Below are positions 1 through 12,340 of a stretch of 64,000 nucleotides of DNA, in pieces. The stretch is taken from assembly GCF_000143415.4 (NCBI RefSeq), contig NW_003314285.1, forward strand, positions 1,081,370 to 1,145,369, in the 5' to 3' direction. Each line of letters begins with the position of its first letter. The first letter of the stretch is position 1. Below the pieces are notes generated by a model. The model saw only the letters and a list, made by a program, of their open reading frames with translations. It ran no database searches and had not been told where the DNA came from. The translations under genes and the position numbers were made by a program. The stretch comes from Selaginella moellendorffii. Its lineage: Eukaryota; Plantae; Lycopodiophyta.

Positions 1-199
1 AGTTCCTAAGATACAATCTTTCTTGCTTATAGAATATAAGCCTATCCCAAACTGAGAAGTGAAGTTTCATATTGGTTTGACTAGCAATATTTGCCACTTC
101 ACTATTAGGGTTCTGCTTTGACAACTCCATACAGTGCAAGATTGTCTTAGCCAATGGATCACTACTATACGAAGCCCAAATGTCTTCCAACTAGTCTGA

Positions 200-1800
200 A
201 CTAATTGCTGACTTTGCTCAAAATTGAGTTTGACAACTTAACGCATCCGAAACAATATTGTCTTTACCAAGTTTATAGATAATTTCAATATCAAATTTAG
301 CGAGCTTCTCTTGCCAACGAGCTTGCTTCGGCATCGTAAGCTTAGGCTGCATAGCAAGTAGCTCAGTGTGTTACTATCCATATAAACCTTGGTATATCTA
401 CCCAAATAATATTTCCAGTGTTCTAATGCCAACACTATAGCAAACATCTTTTTTTCGTGTGTTGGCCATCTTCATTGGGTTTCATCCAATTTCTTGGAGT
501 AGAACGCAATGGGATAACTATGTCACCTTAGCATCACAATTTTGCTGCAACACGGCATCAATAGCATAGCTAGATGCATCACAATGCACTTTGAAAGGTT
601 TATCAAGATCTGGGATCTTGAGAACATGAACTGTAGTCAAGATTTCTTTCAACCGTACAAAAGCACATTGACAAGCCGGTGTCTAGTGAAATGGTATACT
701 ACTCTTCATTAACTCAATCAACAAAAGAGCAATTCTAGCAAAATTGCAAACAAACTTGTGATAATATCTTGCCAAACTGATAAAGGAATGAATATTTGAT
801 ACAATGGTCGGGACTTCCTAAGACTTTACCACTTCTACCTTCTTCGAATCCACCTTAATTATGACTATATGTCCAAGAAAGTTCACGCAAAAGCATATTT
901 ACTTTCATTAGCATACAATTTATGTTCATGCAACTTCTGAAACACTAGCTCTAAGTGTTTTAAATAATCCTCCAACGTTTCACTAAAGACTAGAACATCA
1001 TTGATATATAAAATAACAAATATGTCCAAATAATCTCTAAATATTCTTCTATCATAGTACTGAACAAGCATCCCAATCCTTTATGGAGCGCTTTTGCAAT
1101 TGAAAGGACACATCAGGACGTCCTTTTGACCTCAACATAATGTGACTTTGTCCAACATCATAAATCCCTTTAATATATTTGTTGAAGAAATCCATACCAA
1201 ACACCATCTAAAAATTTGGTATTTTCAACATTACCAAGTCCACTCTTTCTTTCCACTTGGATATTTTTAATGAAACATCACTCACAACTTTTTCGGCTAC
1301 TTACCCACCTTCCACAAACTGGAAGTGTATGGGTGATATCTGCTCAGCTTTCAATTCTTACAACTTAACTAAGTCTTCGGATATGATGCTGTGTGTAGCT
1401 CTCGTGTCAGTCATCACTCAAATTCAGTGTCCATGAACAAAGCCTACCAAATACATCAACGGATTAGTGTTTGCATTGATTGCAAAAAAAACTTGAGGAA
1501 AGTAATGAAAGTAACTCACCTTCTCTTCCTCATAGTCTACATTGACCAACTCGTTAACCCCTTCAACTTCACCACCACCGTCTTCCCTCATGACATTAAC
1601 ACAAGATCTTGTCTTATGCTTGTTGGAACATTCCGAGGACCTATATTCTGTCTCTCCATAATGGAAGTAATGCCCACACTACTTGTTTTACTAGGAGCAG
1701 ATTTTGTAGGTTGCTGCTGCTTATAACCACCAAAAGGAGGAATAGAGGGCCTAGGACCAAAAAAAGCTATTGGTGGTTGCTAATCACCACTTTTGTTAAC
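200..1800 (-). pseudogene. Gypsy pol remnants (PR-RT-RNase H) with many stops and frameshifts
   Basis: ORF fragments 238-447 and 883-1071 carry RNase H and RT motifs. Confidence 0.8.
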
Positions 1801-1849
1801 TATTGCTTGTGAGCCTCCAAGGCGGAACCTTCCTTCCACCCTTTGTTTC

Positions 1850-2990
1850 TGTAGCGCACGTGGTTTTTACCCTTTATCCTATGGTGATTTACCATAGGAT
1901 AACACCACGAAGCGGAACCTAAACCCTCTTTGTGCCACGTGATAGATGCCACATGTCACATGCCACGTGTCCAAAGGATAGTGGTGTGGAACCTGAGTTT
2001 CAGGGCCTTGGGCCACTGAATGAAGGGACGGTGCCAAACTCCCAAGCTTGGAGCCAAGGAGTGATGGAACCGAACCACAGAGCAACTCCTGAGCATATAG
2101 CCCAAAGAGCGAAGGGACAGGAGCCCGAAGCGACTTGGAACAGTCCTGGAGCAACCAGCATCCTAATGCCAGGACTAGCACGCAAAATGGAGCCAAATGG
2201 AGTCTGGCACTATTTCGGCATACCAGTGAGGACATGGGTACTCCACTAGCTAGCATGGAATGGAACTTGGGCTTAGACCCAAGCCAGACATAGAACAAGG
2301 ACAGGCACGCAAGCGGGAGCTAGACTATGCCTTAGGTTGGTCAGCCATGCCCGACCTACCCACTATCCCTACTATACATTTGGAACCCCCCATATCCCCC
2401 CCCCCCCCCTTGAGGAACACACACTTTGGGCTTTCACCCCAAGCCTCCCTTAGTATCAGGAGTTAATCTCTGGGACAAGCTTGAAATTTACTAAATATGG
2501 AATGTCTTTAGATTGCGAATTTGGACACGGGACGAATACCATTGTGTTTAGGCCGATCTCTACATTCTGTAGATATGCCAAATGAGCAAATCTGGACACT
2601 TTCCATAAATAGCATTTGGGACTGAAATGAGACCAACACAAAGGGCATGATAGCGAGGGTGTTTGGTAGACATGGTAAGCTATCATCTAGCGATATTGAG
2701 GGACCAAGCTCAATATCACGGGGGTTCCCAACACTAGCAAGTGCAAATCAACATCATGAGTTTCTCATCACTGTGTCAAGTCTGCTTGACAAATGACAAT
2801 TTAGGATTTCCTTCCTTAGTGCCCTTCCGGTCTAAGTGCACATGTGATGACCAGTTTCTCAACTAGCTCAGGCGGAGATTGATAACGGGTCCAACAATAC
2901 TGACCTCCTGCCGTCGTGGCAATAAGGAAAGAGTGTCCGCAAGGACTGGTCGACAGGTAACTTTCAATACCCAAAGTCACATTCGCGATA
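1850..2990 (-). mobile_element. Solo LTR of family A inserted in the family A gag region
   Basis: TGTAGCGCACG...ATTCGCGATA, flanked by 5-bp TSD GTTTC (1845-1849 and 2991-2995). Reverse-complement homologue of 36577-37711. Confidence 0.9.
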
Positions 2991-4029
2991 GTTTCTAATC
3001 ACCTTGTTTATTCCCAGAGTTTTTATTCTTATAGCATATGGCTACTGATATTGTTCCATGAGTGAGTGATTAAAGGCAATTTGTTGTGCTGCCTCCTTAC
3101 ACTCCAGGTACATTTTTTGCTTAAACTTCAAAGTCTCATTGCAAGAAAGTGAACTTAAACCTTCTAGGAAATAACTTCAAGCATCTTCATCACTTATATT
3201 TGCAATTATAATGCAAACGCATTAACATAATGCATAAGGTCTCTTCGCTGCTTTAACCACTACAACTCTATGCAAAGTCTCAAACCATGATCATCTATCA
3301 AGTATTCTTTACAGATACAAAACCACATCTTAGTCCAACTTCTAGTCTACCCTTTCTCAACACACACCTAGCACCACTAAGTTTTGGCATGATTGGTGAG
3401 AAATGATTGCACACACGCAACTTTTATATGATTATCTATGTCTGCTGCTATGAAATAGTTTTTCATATCGTAGACCCAGTTTTCCAAAACCTAATAGTCC
3501 TACATAACTTTGAAATTGGGTGGTTTCGGAAGCTTGACCTTTGAAACTTGTGCAACCAAGGGTGATTGTAGAACTTCATCATCCTCAAAACTTGAAGAGG
3601 AGTTTATTTGTTTAGGTTTAGCTAGTTTAGCTGCCTTGGCTTCCTTCTTCTTCTTCTTGTTCTCCTTCTTTAATTTGCAAACTTCCCTTCGCAAATTTTT
3701 GATCTCAACTTCCTAAGCTATACACTACAATGCCATAGTATTTGACTCTTCCTCTTTTGACACAACCCCAGCCTCTTCCACAGCATCTCTAGCAAAAGTT
3801 TCCTCCTCTCAATTTGCCTATCTAGAGGTTTTAGCATCATCAGCACGGTTCTTTTTCACCAACCCGCTAGCTATATGCATGCCTCTATCAGTAACTGAAC
3901 ATGCATACAATGTTCTTATCGAATAGTGCAATCCAACTAATCCTACATATGGCACTTCGGATCTACTAAAAAAGTCTCTGCATATGCAAAAAATCCGCTA
4001 AACATTATATAGGAATTGTTGAGACAATT

Positions 4030-4041
4030 GCTCTAATACCA
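4030..4041 (-). promoter_or_regulatory. Primer binding site (tRNA-iMet) of the family A element
   Basis: Minus strand reads TGGTATTAGAGC, 2 nt from the LTR end (canonical TGGTATCAGAGC). Confidence 0.8.
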
Positions 4042-6038
4042 AATGTAGCACACCTGAATTTAGAGCTGAATTCCAAGCCCATTATGCTATGAAACAAGGG
4101 TATAGTACAATCCCATGAGCACTAGCTCTCCGTATCCAACACCTGCATGCAAAATGGTGTCAAACAGTGTCTAGCACAATTTTGGCATACCGGTGTTGGG
4201 AGAAGGAGGGGCACCTCCCCCAACACTCACTCAAATGTAAAAAATGCTTCAATGCTCTTCACAAAATGCCCCCCCTTGCCCTTGTGGGGCAAGGGTTTTA
4301 TACAAGGAAGATGCGGGATATTTTGAGGACTAGAATATTCCCTCTCTCTTTCTCACTCTCTTGATGGCCATGCCCTAACATGCGACCATTGTGGATCGCG
4401 CTAGCTCCAGATGCGTGAGAACCCGCCGAAGAGTGTAGAGTGTACCTCTGCTACTGATGCCAAGTGCTGGTAGCTGCATTAAATAGTAGAAACTCTAGAA
4501 AACAAAGTGGAAAAAGAAAGAAAGGAGGTAGGTGTGAAGTTTGGAGACAAAGAGGAAAACCCGGTGGGAAACCCTATAGTCAAATTGTGAAGTTAAAGGA
4601 AAAGTGCAGAAAATGTGTGAAAAGAGGAGGAAAATAGAAGAAAAGAAAGAAAAAGAAAAAGTGAGTACCCAAAGAACTTAACCCATACCTGGATTTCAGC
4701 TCAGGGAAGTGTAATATGCAAATGCAACCTCTTGATGACTTCCAATATGCTCCAAGGATTGGCCGAGATCGAGAAAGAAAGAGAGGTAGAAGAGGGGATG
4801 CATTGCCCAAGGGTGGTAAGTGTAGAAATGATGCAAGATGGAGTGATATGGTAGAGTGCTAAGATGGTGGTAGCACTTTGAAAAGGTGGCCATCTCCATA
4901 GAGTAAGCACCGACCTCTTGGAGTAGCCAGTAACTGGTAACCAATAACTAGTAACCAGTAACTGGGGACCACCTACTCTCTCTCCTACTCCTGAGATGGT
5001 GGTGGCACTTTGAGAAGTGGTAGGCCAATAAACTGAAGTGTCGGACTAAGGAAGACAGTAGCTGAAAAGGACAGCATAGTTGCTAGATTGCCAGTAAAGA
5101 GAGGTGGCATGTGTCCATTGAGTGCTAGAGCAGAAGAAAGTGGCTTCGGCTTCTGTGGCCTCACTTAGAGATCCACCTAGGTGCCTTGAGTGAACAAGTT
5201 CACCCGGTTGGAAGAAAGGCACTCTAGAAAAGCTAGTGCATCATCGGCAAATGGTCGTAAGGATATCTCGAAAATGGCACGTCCAAATAAGGTGGTGTAT
5301 TTTGCTGCAGTGCATGTATGTCTGTCCGTGGTATGGTGTAAATGTGACCTCAAATGAAGATGTGAATGATGGTGAAAGAATGAAAGATGCAAGATGGGCA
5401 TCTAGAGATAAGTGCGGGTAACACTGCTGGAAGTGATTGATGATGGAATTGTGAGTGTAGATGATATGGAATGAATGAGGGGAATGTGTTAGGTGTAGTA
5501 ATGGTAAGGAAAGGGCCAAAGAACCTGGAACATAGACTGGGCCAAGCAAGGAACCTCCATACAAATGGCAATGCAGGCATGGGCCATGGTCCAACCCCCT
5601 GAAAGTAAGAAAAAGAGCCATGAAAGTAAAGTGAAAGAAAGGGAGAAAAAGAAAAAGAAGAGAAGAGGAACACCTCACCAGATGAAACATTTGAGGTGAG
5701 AGTGGTTGTGAGCGTGTGGGAGCCCACATCCCTTAGCATCAACTAGCATGTATGCTCCACCTCCGATGTGTCGCTGGACAAAGTAGAGGCCAGTCCAGCA
5801 AGGGGAGAACTTTGAAGGTGGCGTAAACTCCTTGAGTAGAACGAGATCGCCATCCTCGAATGATTCGGTAGACCACTGGTGATCAATGATGGACTTGATC
5901 TTCTGCTTGCCCCGAAGGAGATGTTCAATCGTGGATCGTCGCTGTTCTTCCAAGGCAAGAACCTCCAAATCACATGCATGAAGCTTGTCCTCATTGCTAA
6001 GCTGCATCACTGCTATCGAAGTGAAAGTGAGAGCAATG

Positions 6039-7848
6039 TGTGAGACACAAAATCCCTAGGCCCCAAAGTGGAGCCGGAAAGGGTGCCACGTGGTAGTGGC
6101 CGAAGTGAAAGCCCAAACGAGTGTAACACGTTTGGACTAAAAGCTCTGACATGGAAGGTCGAGAGCGGGAGTGGAACTCCCAACAAAGTGCTCAAGGAGC
6201 GAGCACGAAGCGAGCAATAAGCAAGGCTCCAAAAAGGGACCCAAAAGGGACCAACACATGACACGTGGAAGTGTCCGAGATGGAGTCTGAGACAGACCCA
6301 AGTTGGAGTCCGAGATGGACCCGAAGTGGAGTCCGATATGGAGTCCGAAGTGGAGTCTGAGATGGAGTCTGATATGGAGTCTGAGATGGACCCAAAGTGG
6401 AGTCCGAGGTGGACCGAGACGGAGTCCGAGATGGACCCGAGATGGAGTCCGAGATGGAGTCCGAGATAGACCTGAGATGGAGTCCGAGATGGAGTCCGAG
6501 GTGGACCGAGACGGAGTCCGAGATGGACCCGAGATGGAGTCCGAGATGGACCGAGACGGAGTCCGAGATGGAACGGAGTCCGAGAGCCTGAGATGGCCGA
6601 GACGGAGCCCGAGATGAAGTCCGAGATGGAGTCCGAGAAGGACCCGAGATGGAGTCCGAGGTCGAGACCGAGACCGGGACCGGGATCGAGACCGAGACCG
6701 AGACCGAGACCGGGACCGAGACCGGGACCGAGACCGAGACCGAGACCGAGGCCAAGGCTGAGACCGAGCCCGAGCCCGAGCCCGAGTCCGAGTCCGAGTC
6801 CGAGTCCGAGTCCGAGTCCGAGTCCGAGTCCGAGTCCGAGTCCGAGTCTGAGAGGGTGAAAGCCCAAAGCGTTCGTCTCCCAGACCCTGGGGGGTTTGGT
6901 GAGCTCCAAAAGTATAGTAAGGGGGAGGACTGCAGTGGAGCCAGTTTGGCCAGGAAAGGCCAGTTTGGCCCAGGAAGGCCAGACCCAGTGTTGGATGATG
7001 AACTGACCACTAGGAAGTCCAAGACTAGAGTGAATACGGACCGACAAGCGGGGTAGCTTGGTGAAGTGTTCAAGAGCCGGCTCTAGTTCCCCCGGGAGAT
7101 CGACTGGCCGATGCTCCCAGTCCAAGTGTGGGTGGCACTACCTACTTGGATACCAGGCGTGGCTCAACGGAACCTCGCTCTAAGCCCATGGCTAGAGCAC
7201 CTAAAGGCAAAAGGTGGGGAGAGTACCCAGGTGGCTCGCGTAAGGCCACGGTGTTCCGAAATGTTGTCCCAAAGGCCCAAACTGTGGAAAGCAAGAGGAG
7301 CAGTCCTCTGGGGTAGTGACCAAGGACACAGTCGTATGGTGAGGAAGTCCCAGAGGACCGTGGGACTTAATGGTCGGGCCTGTGGGCCTCAATCCAGTGG
7401 TAGTGTTGGTGAACACAGCCATGGGTAGAAAGGGACTTGGTGGGGACCAGAAGAGAGATATTGGGGAAGGCTACTCCCCACGTCAGTGGGCATCCTAAGG
7501 ATGCTAAGGAGTGGATCTGGAATGATCACTCATGGACGGATGGCCCAGTCCTTGAGAGACGGGATTGTGATGCAGGTGGTGTTAGACCACCGGTATGACC
7601 AAGGTAAAGGGGCATGGCCTTAGCGTAACGGGCTAGTATGTCGGTGGTACCTTGGGGTGTCGGTCTTGGGATAAGACACGTGGAGCACTTGGACCAAGTG
7701 CAAAGGTTGAGTGGCATGGATGCCATTCTCGGGGCTAGCATGCCCCAAGTCCTGAATTGGACTTAAGGAGGTTGTGAGTGAGACTTCTCCAAGTGGTTAG
7801 AGGTGTGGTTAAGTGACTAAAGTAGAATGGAAAAATTAGTCGCTTACA
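6039..7848. mobile_element. Solo LTR (family C, 1810 bp) inserted in the family B integrase
   Basis: Starts TGTGAG and ends CTTACA. Perfect 5-bp TSD CAATG (6034-6038 and 7849-7853). Removing it brings the integrase core next to its GPY/F tail. Confidence 0.88.
6274..6853. repeat. Hexamer-based tandem array (GAGTCCGAGATG 12-mers grading into CCGAGA, CCGAGC and CCGAGT 6-mers)
   Basis: Directly visible; produces the spurious (GL)n, (DS)n, (ES)n and (PS)n ORFs. Confidence 0.95.
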
Positions 7849-10800
7849 CAATGGCACTTGGATCTCCACTAGAAGCATGGCTGCTGTCCCATAGACAAGG
7901 GAGAATGGGGTTGCAATTATGGATGTCTTGAAGGACGTCCAAAAGGCCCACAATGCCGTAACCAAGTGCTCGTGCTAACGCCTCGGGTGATCCTCCACAA
8001 GCTTTGAGATGACTGTCTTCAATATCTTGTTGTTGGACTCCACCTGGCCATTGCACTCAGGATAATAGCTCCTGCTCTTCATGTGCTTGACCTGCAGCCA
8101 TTGGAGAAGATGCTGCATCACTTGTCCAAGGAAGCTGCTGCCACGATCAGAAATCAAAATGGCAGGAACTCTGAATCGACAAATAATGTACTCGTAGACA
8201 AACTTTGTTGTAGATTGTTGATCAGCCTGTCGCAAAAGGGTGGCCTCAACCTATTTCGTAAAATAGTCTATCGCCATGATGATGTATTGCTATCCTTTTG
8301 AGCTTGATGGGTTGATTGGGCCAACGAAGTCAATTCCCCATTGGAAAAAGGGACCCAAAGAAGTGATGAGCTGGAAAGGAAAACATGGAACATGGCTCTA
8401 GGGGTTTAACTGTTAGTATTGCTCACATGCCTTTGCATAAGCCAAGTTGTCCAGGTGAATCTGAGGCCAAAAGTAGCTATAGCGCAAGAGGAGCTGTGTT
8501 GTGACTCGTCCCGAGAAATGCCCCGCACAAGAGTGGAAAGCACGAAGGAGCTCAGGGACCTCGTGCTCACTCACACACCGCAACAAACTTCCTGAGAAGT
8601 CCTCTTATAAAGGTGTCTGTCGAGAAGGCAAAACCCCTGTGCTCGGATCTTCAATGCCTTTTGTTGCACTGATGAGGAATCTGCTAGGAACTGACCTGAA
8701 TCCAGGTACACTACAATGTTTTGTAATGCTACTGGGACCACAAATGAAGTAGCTTCAGCAACTAGGAACTCGCTTGAATCCATCACACGCTTCCACCACA
8801 TGTGAAAAGTTGGCTAGAACTGCTGAAGAATGATCTCCTTCAGCTGCTGCATCTCGTTGGCAAAGTTCTCAATAGCCGGAGGTGTATGTGCAATAGCGAC
8901 GGGCTTTGTTGTGGACGGGCAAACAGCTACACAAGGTGACTTTGATGGGGTGATGGCTTGGTCAAAATCAACTCTAGCAATCCCTAGGTTGACAAGAAGC
9001 TCTCTTTCCAACTTCATGGCAAATGAAAATGCCTTGCAGCAAGACCTAAATGTCTTCTTAAGAAGTTTCCACTGCAAGTTCCCACACATACCCATTGTGA
9101 ATGCCGTGATCCCCTATTGCTCATCTTGGACCACTCTGTGATCCCAACACTGCTTCCAGTATGCTTGAAACTGGGTGATATAGTCAGGAACAGAGTCGTG
9201 AGCACCCTGCCGGAACGAAAAGAGGTCAACAAGTAGCCAATTTGTGGGTTTCTCTTCAACAAAACGTTCCCTAAAAGAAGTGAGTAGTGTCTGGAAGTTT
9301 GTTTGGTCCTTTGGGAGGAGAGAATCTGCCCAAGTTGCTGCTTTGCGTTCGAGAGACTACAAGAAGTCGTGGCATATATGATCATTGTCGACGATCATGT
9401 TTATGGTGCAACAGTAATCAAAGTGACTTATATGCAATGTTGGAGAGACTGTTCCAACACTTGAGAAGGTTGGTAGATCACTCCCCTTCTGCAGAATATG
9501 GAGCTGAGGTCGAGCTAAAGTTGGCTATACCATAGCTCGTAGATCTAAGCCATTGGAATCTGCCAAGGATGAAGAGGACCTAGCTCGAGAAGGTGCAGTG
9601 TCATACCTAACCTGCCTTTGGATGTTAGAAATTTTACTCCGTACCTTAGGCCTTGAGGTATGGTAAAAGGGTGCCAATTTGTTGCATGTCTAGTTTGGAC
9701 CGGCATCAAATACCCTGAACACTACAAATGCCCGGTCAAGGCCACTGGGTTGACAAGAGCAAGAAGACTATAGGGTAGTGCTCAAGTTGCTCAAAGTTGC
9801 CCAAAATGCCTGTGACAAAGAGGAGTAAGGGTGAAAATAGAGATGTCAAGCACAAATAACCATTGACCCATAGGGTAACTACTGAAGTAGTTATTGAAGT
9901 AGCCACTAGAGTAGCCAGGTAACTGGTAACCGGTAACCAGTAACTAGTAACTAGGAACCTGTAACCTATAACCGGTAACCACCTACTCTCACTCTTACTC
10001 CTACACCCACTCCAACATCGACTCCTACTTTTGCACTAACTCCTATTCCTGTTCCTGTTCCTATTCCTACACCTACTCTTGTTCCCTGAAAATTGCTTTA
10101 TTCCTAAGGAACTCCCCACAAAGTCTAGCCTAAAAGAGAAAAATGAGTCCTCTGGTCTCGACCCTTCCCCATTTTGACTGTTGGTGGGCTTGTTGGAAAG
10201 GGCTTAGCCCTGTCTACCATCTATCACAAGAGTTTGTGAAGAAGCTGCCTCGATATTCCCCAAAATCCAAGAAGAGGTAGCCCAAAACACCAAAATTGTG
10301 GAAAACATGTGCATGTCACTAATATAGATTGATATTAAAGTGCTGTTAGTACTTTTGGAAAGACTTGGACCAGAAGCACCTTTAGAAACAAACGGCATAA
10401 AAAACAAAGCCTGGAGAAGCACAAATTCCTACTACACAAATGACCTAATGTAGCTGGAGAAGAAAATCTTTTTGCATACCATCAATTTGCCTAAATCTAG
10501 TGCCAAGAATCACCACTAGTAAATCTAGGCCAAATCTACAAGCCCAAATGCACTACCTTGAGAAATTGGGCTGAGGATTCAGACGAGAAAGTGAAAACCC
10601 CAAATTGTTCTTCAAATCGAGCCAAGAAATGTTGTATCTCTTCAAATACTGTATGGCTTGATGAGCACCATACCTTGCTGGAAAGAGGAGCTCCAGACTT
10701 ATCCAACACACCCAAGATTAAACAAAACCACCGCAAGACAAACAAGGAATTCCTTCCCAAAGTCTGTGGCCAAAAGAAAAAGAAAGAAATGATGCCTCCG

Positions 10801-11782
10801 AAAGTGCCGTGCGTCACGCTGGGTTCACCATTTGTTGGGGGAAGGAGGGGCGCCTCCCCCAACACTCGCTCAAACATGAGAAATGCTTCAATGCTCTTCA
10901 CAAAATGCCCCCCCTTGCCCTTCTGAGGCAAGGGTTTTATACAAGGAAGATGGGGAATATTTTGAGGACTAGAATATTCCCTCTTTCTCTTTCACTCTCT
11001 CAGTGGCCACACCCTAACACCAATGGCCTAACGCAAAGAAGAGGGTACCCCACCAACTAGAGCAGTGTGGAGCTTGAACTTAGACCCAAGCCAAATACAA
11101 AATAAAGAGCAATATAGCTCAACAAAAGCCAAACTAATGTCTTAAATGGTTGAATATACATTTCAACCACTATCTTTACTATACATTTGGAACCCCTCTT
11201 AGCGTGCCCCCCCTGCCCCCCCTCCTGAGGAACACATGCTTTGGGCTTTCACCCTTAGCCTCCCTTAATACCACTTAGTACTAGGAGTTAGCCTTTAGGA
11301 CAAGTTTGAAACTTATTAAATATTAAATGTCTCTAAATTGTGAATTTGGACATAAGATGAACACCATTGTGTTTAGAACAATCTCTACATTCCATAGATA
11401 TGCCAAATGAGTAAATTTAAATACTTTCCATAAATAATATTTGGGACTGGAATAAGACTAACACAAAGGACATAATAGCGAAGGTGTTTGGCAGACACAA
11501 TAAACTATCATATAACAATATTAAAGGACTATACCCAATATGTGAGGGTTCTTGCCAAGCTAGTGCAAGTCAAAGCAAAAAAGAACTAATAAGCCGGGCC
11601 AAGTATGCTTAGTTAAATAGATATTTAAGAATTCCTTCCTTATGCTCATCCAACCAAGTACAGATGTTAAATCCAATTTACTAACACTTGGACAAAAGGG
11701 ACTAATAAAGAGAACTAGCAATACTAAACTCTTGCTATCATAGTAGTAAGGAGAGAGTGTTCGTAAGAATTGGTTGATAAGT

Positions 11783-12340
11783 TGTAAGCTCCTTAGTTTT
11801 GACTTCTTAAGAAGTCACTCAACCCCGTACTATTCAAACCCAAGGATGTTTAACCCCAAATATCCTAAGACCCTTAACCAATTGAAAAAAGGGGTGCACT
11901 CTTGTTCATGAGTTGTTTCCCTTTATATTTGAACCTTATAGATCATCTCTCAAGTCATTATCTTTTGTTATTTACAATCCACCACACTTCCCTACAAATT
12001 CATGCCCTTATGAACGAAAGCTGAGAGTCACAGCTCTCCCGAGAGCCCCACTCTCAGCAAACTGGACCTACCAAATATCAATCAACATATGGTGCACTTC
12101 CCTTAATCCAACTAATAAAGTCAAACTGAGACCCGCTTTAATACCAAATGTAAGCTCTTGAATTTGAACTTCTCGGGAGGTCACTTAGTAATACTATTTA
12201 AACCCAAGGATGTTTAACCCCAAATATCCTAAGACCTTTAACCGATTGAAAAAGCGGGTATACTTTTGTTTATGAGCACTTTCCCTTTATATTTAAACCC
12301 TTTGGATCATCTCTCAAGTTGTTCTCTTTGGTTGCTTACA
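11783..12340 (-). mobile_element. Cassandra-type TRIM (5S rRNA-like domain in the LTRs), degenerate copy
   Basis: LTRs 11783-11976 and 12149-12340 (TGTAAG...TTACA), about 170 bp internal region, Met-type PBS at 12134-12146, purine-rich tract next to the other LTR. Decayed TSD TAAGT/CAAAT. Homologous to 48795-49647. Confidence 0.85.

Larger units (their letters stand above)
4194..11019 (-). mobile_element. Non-autonomous Ty3/gypsy-type element (family B): 187-bp LTRs, Trp-type PBS, gag fused to integrase, no PR/RT/RH
   Basis: Direct repeats 4194-4380 and 10833-11019 (TGTTGGG...CCCTAACA). + strand TCACGCTGGGTTCACCA at 10814-10830 resembles the plant tRNA-Trp 3' end. Integrase HHCC and core motifs (WGIDFVGP, LISDRGS, YYPECNGQVE) at 7850-8700 and GPY/F-type tail at 5675-6010. 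Inserted at a CCGG in the family A LTR (right copy reads CCAA). Confidence 0.85.

Noticed and set aside
1879-2466. Recurring small ORFs (MELGLRPK...) also near 37097 and 61674
   Set aside because: They lie in family A LTR copies; recurrence reflects repeat homology and the frames are not consistently kept.
6274-6853. CRISPR-like array
   Set aside because: No unique spacers and a eukaryotic context; it is a simple minisatellite.
6013-7125. Long ORFs with (GL)n, (DS)n, (ES)n and (PS)n repeats
   Set aside because: By-products of a stop-poor hexamer array inside a TSD-flanked solo LTR; open in several frames on both strands.
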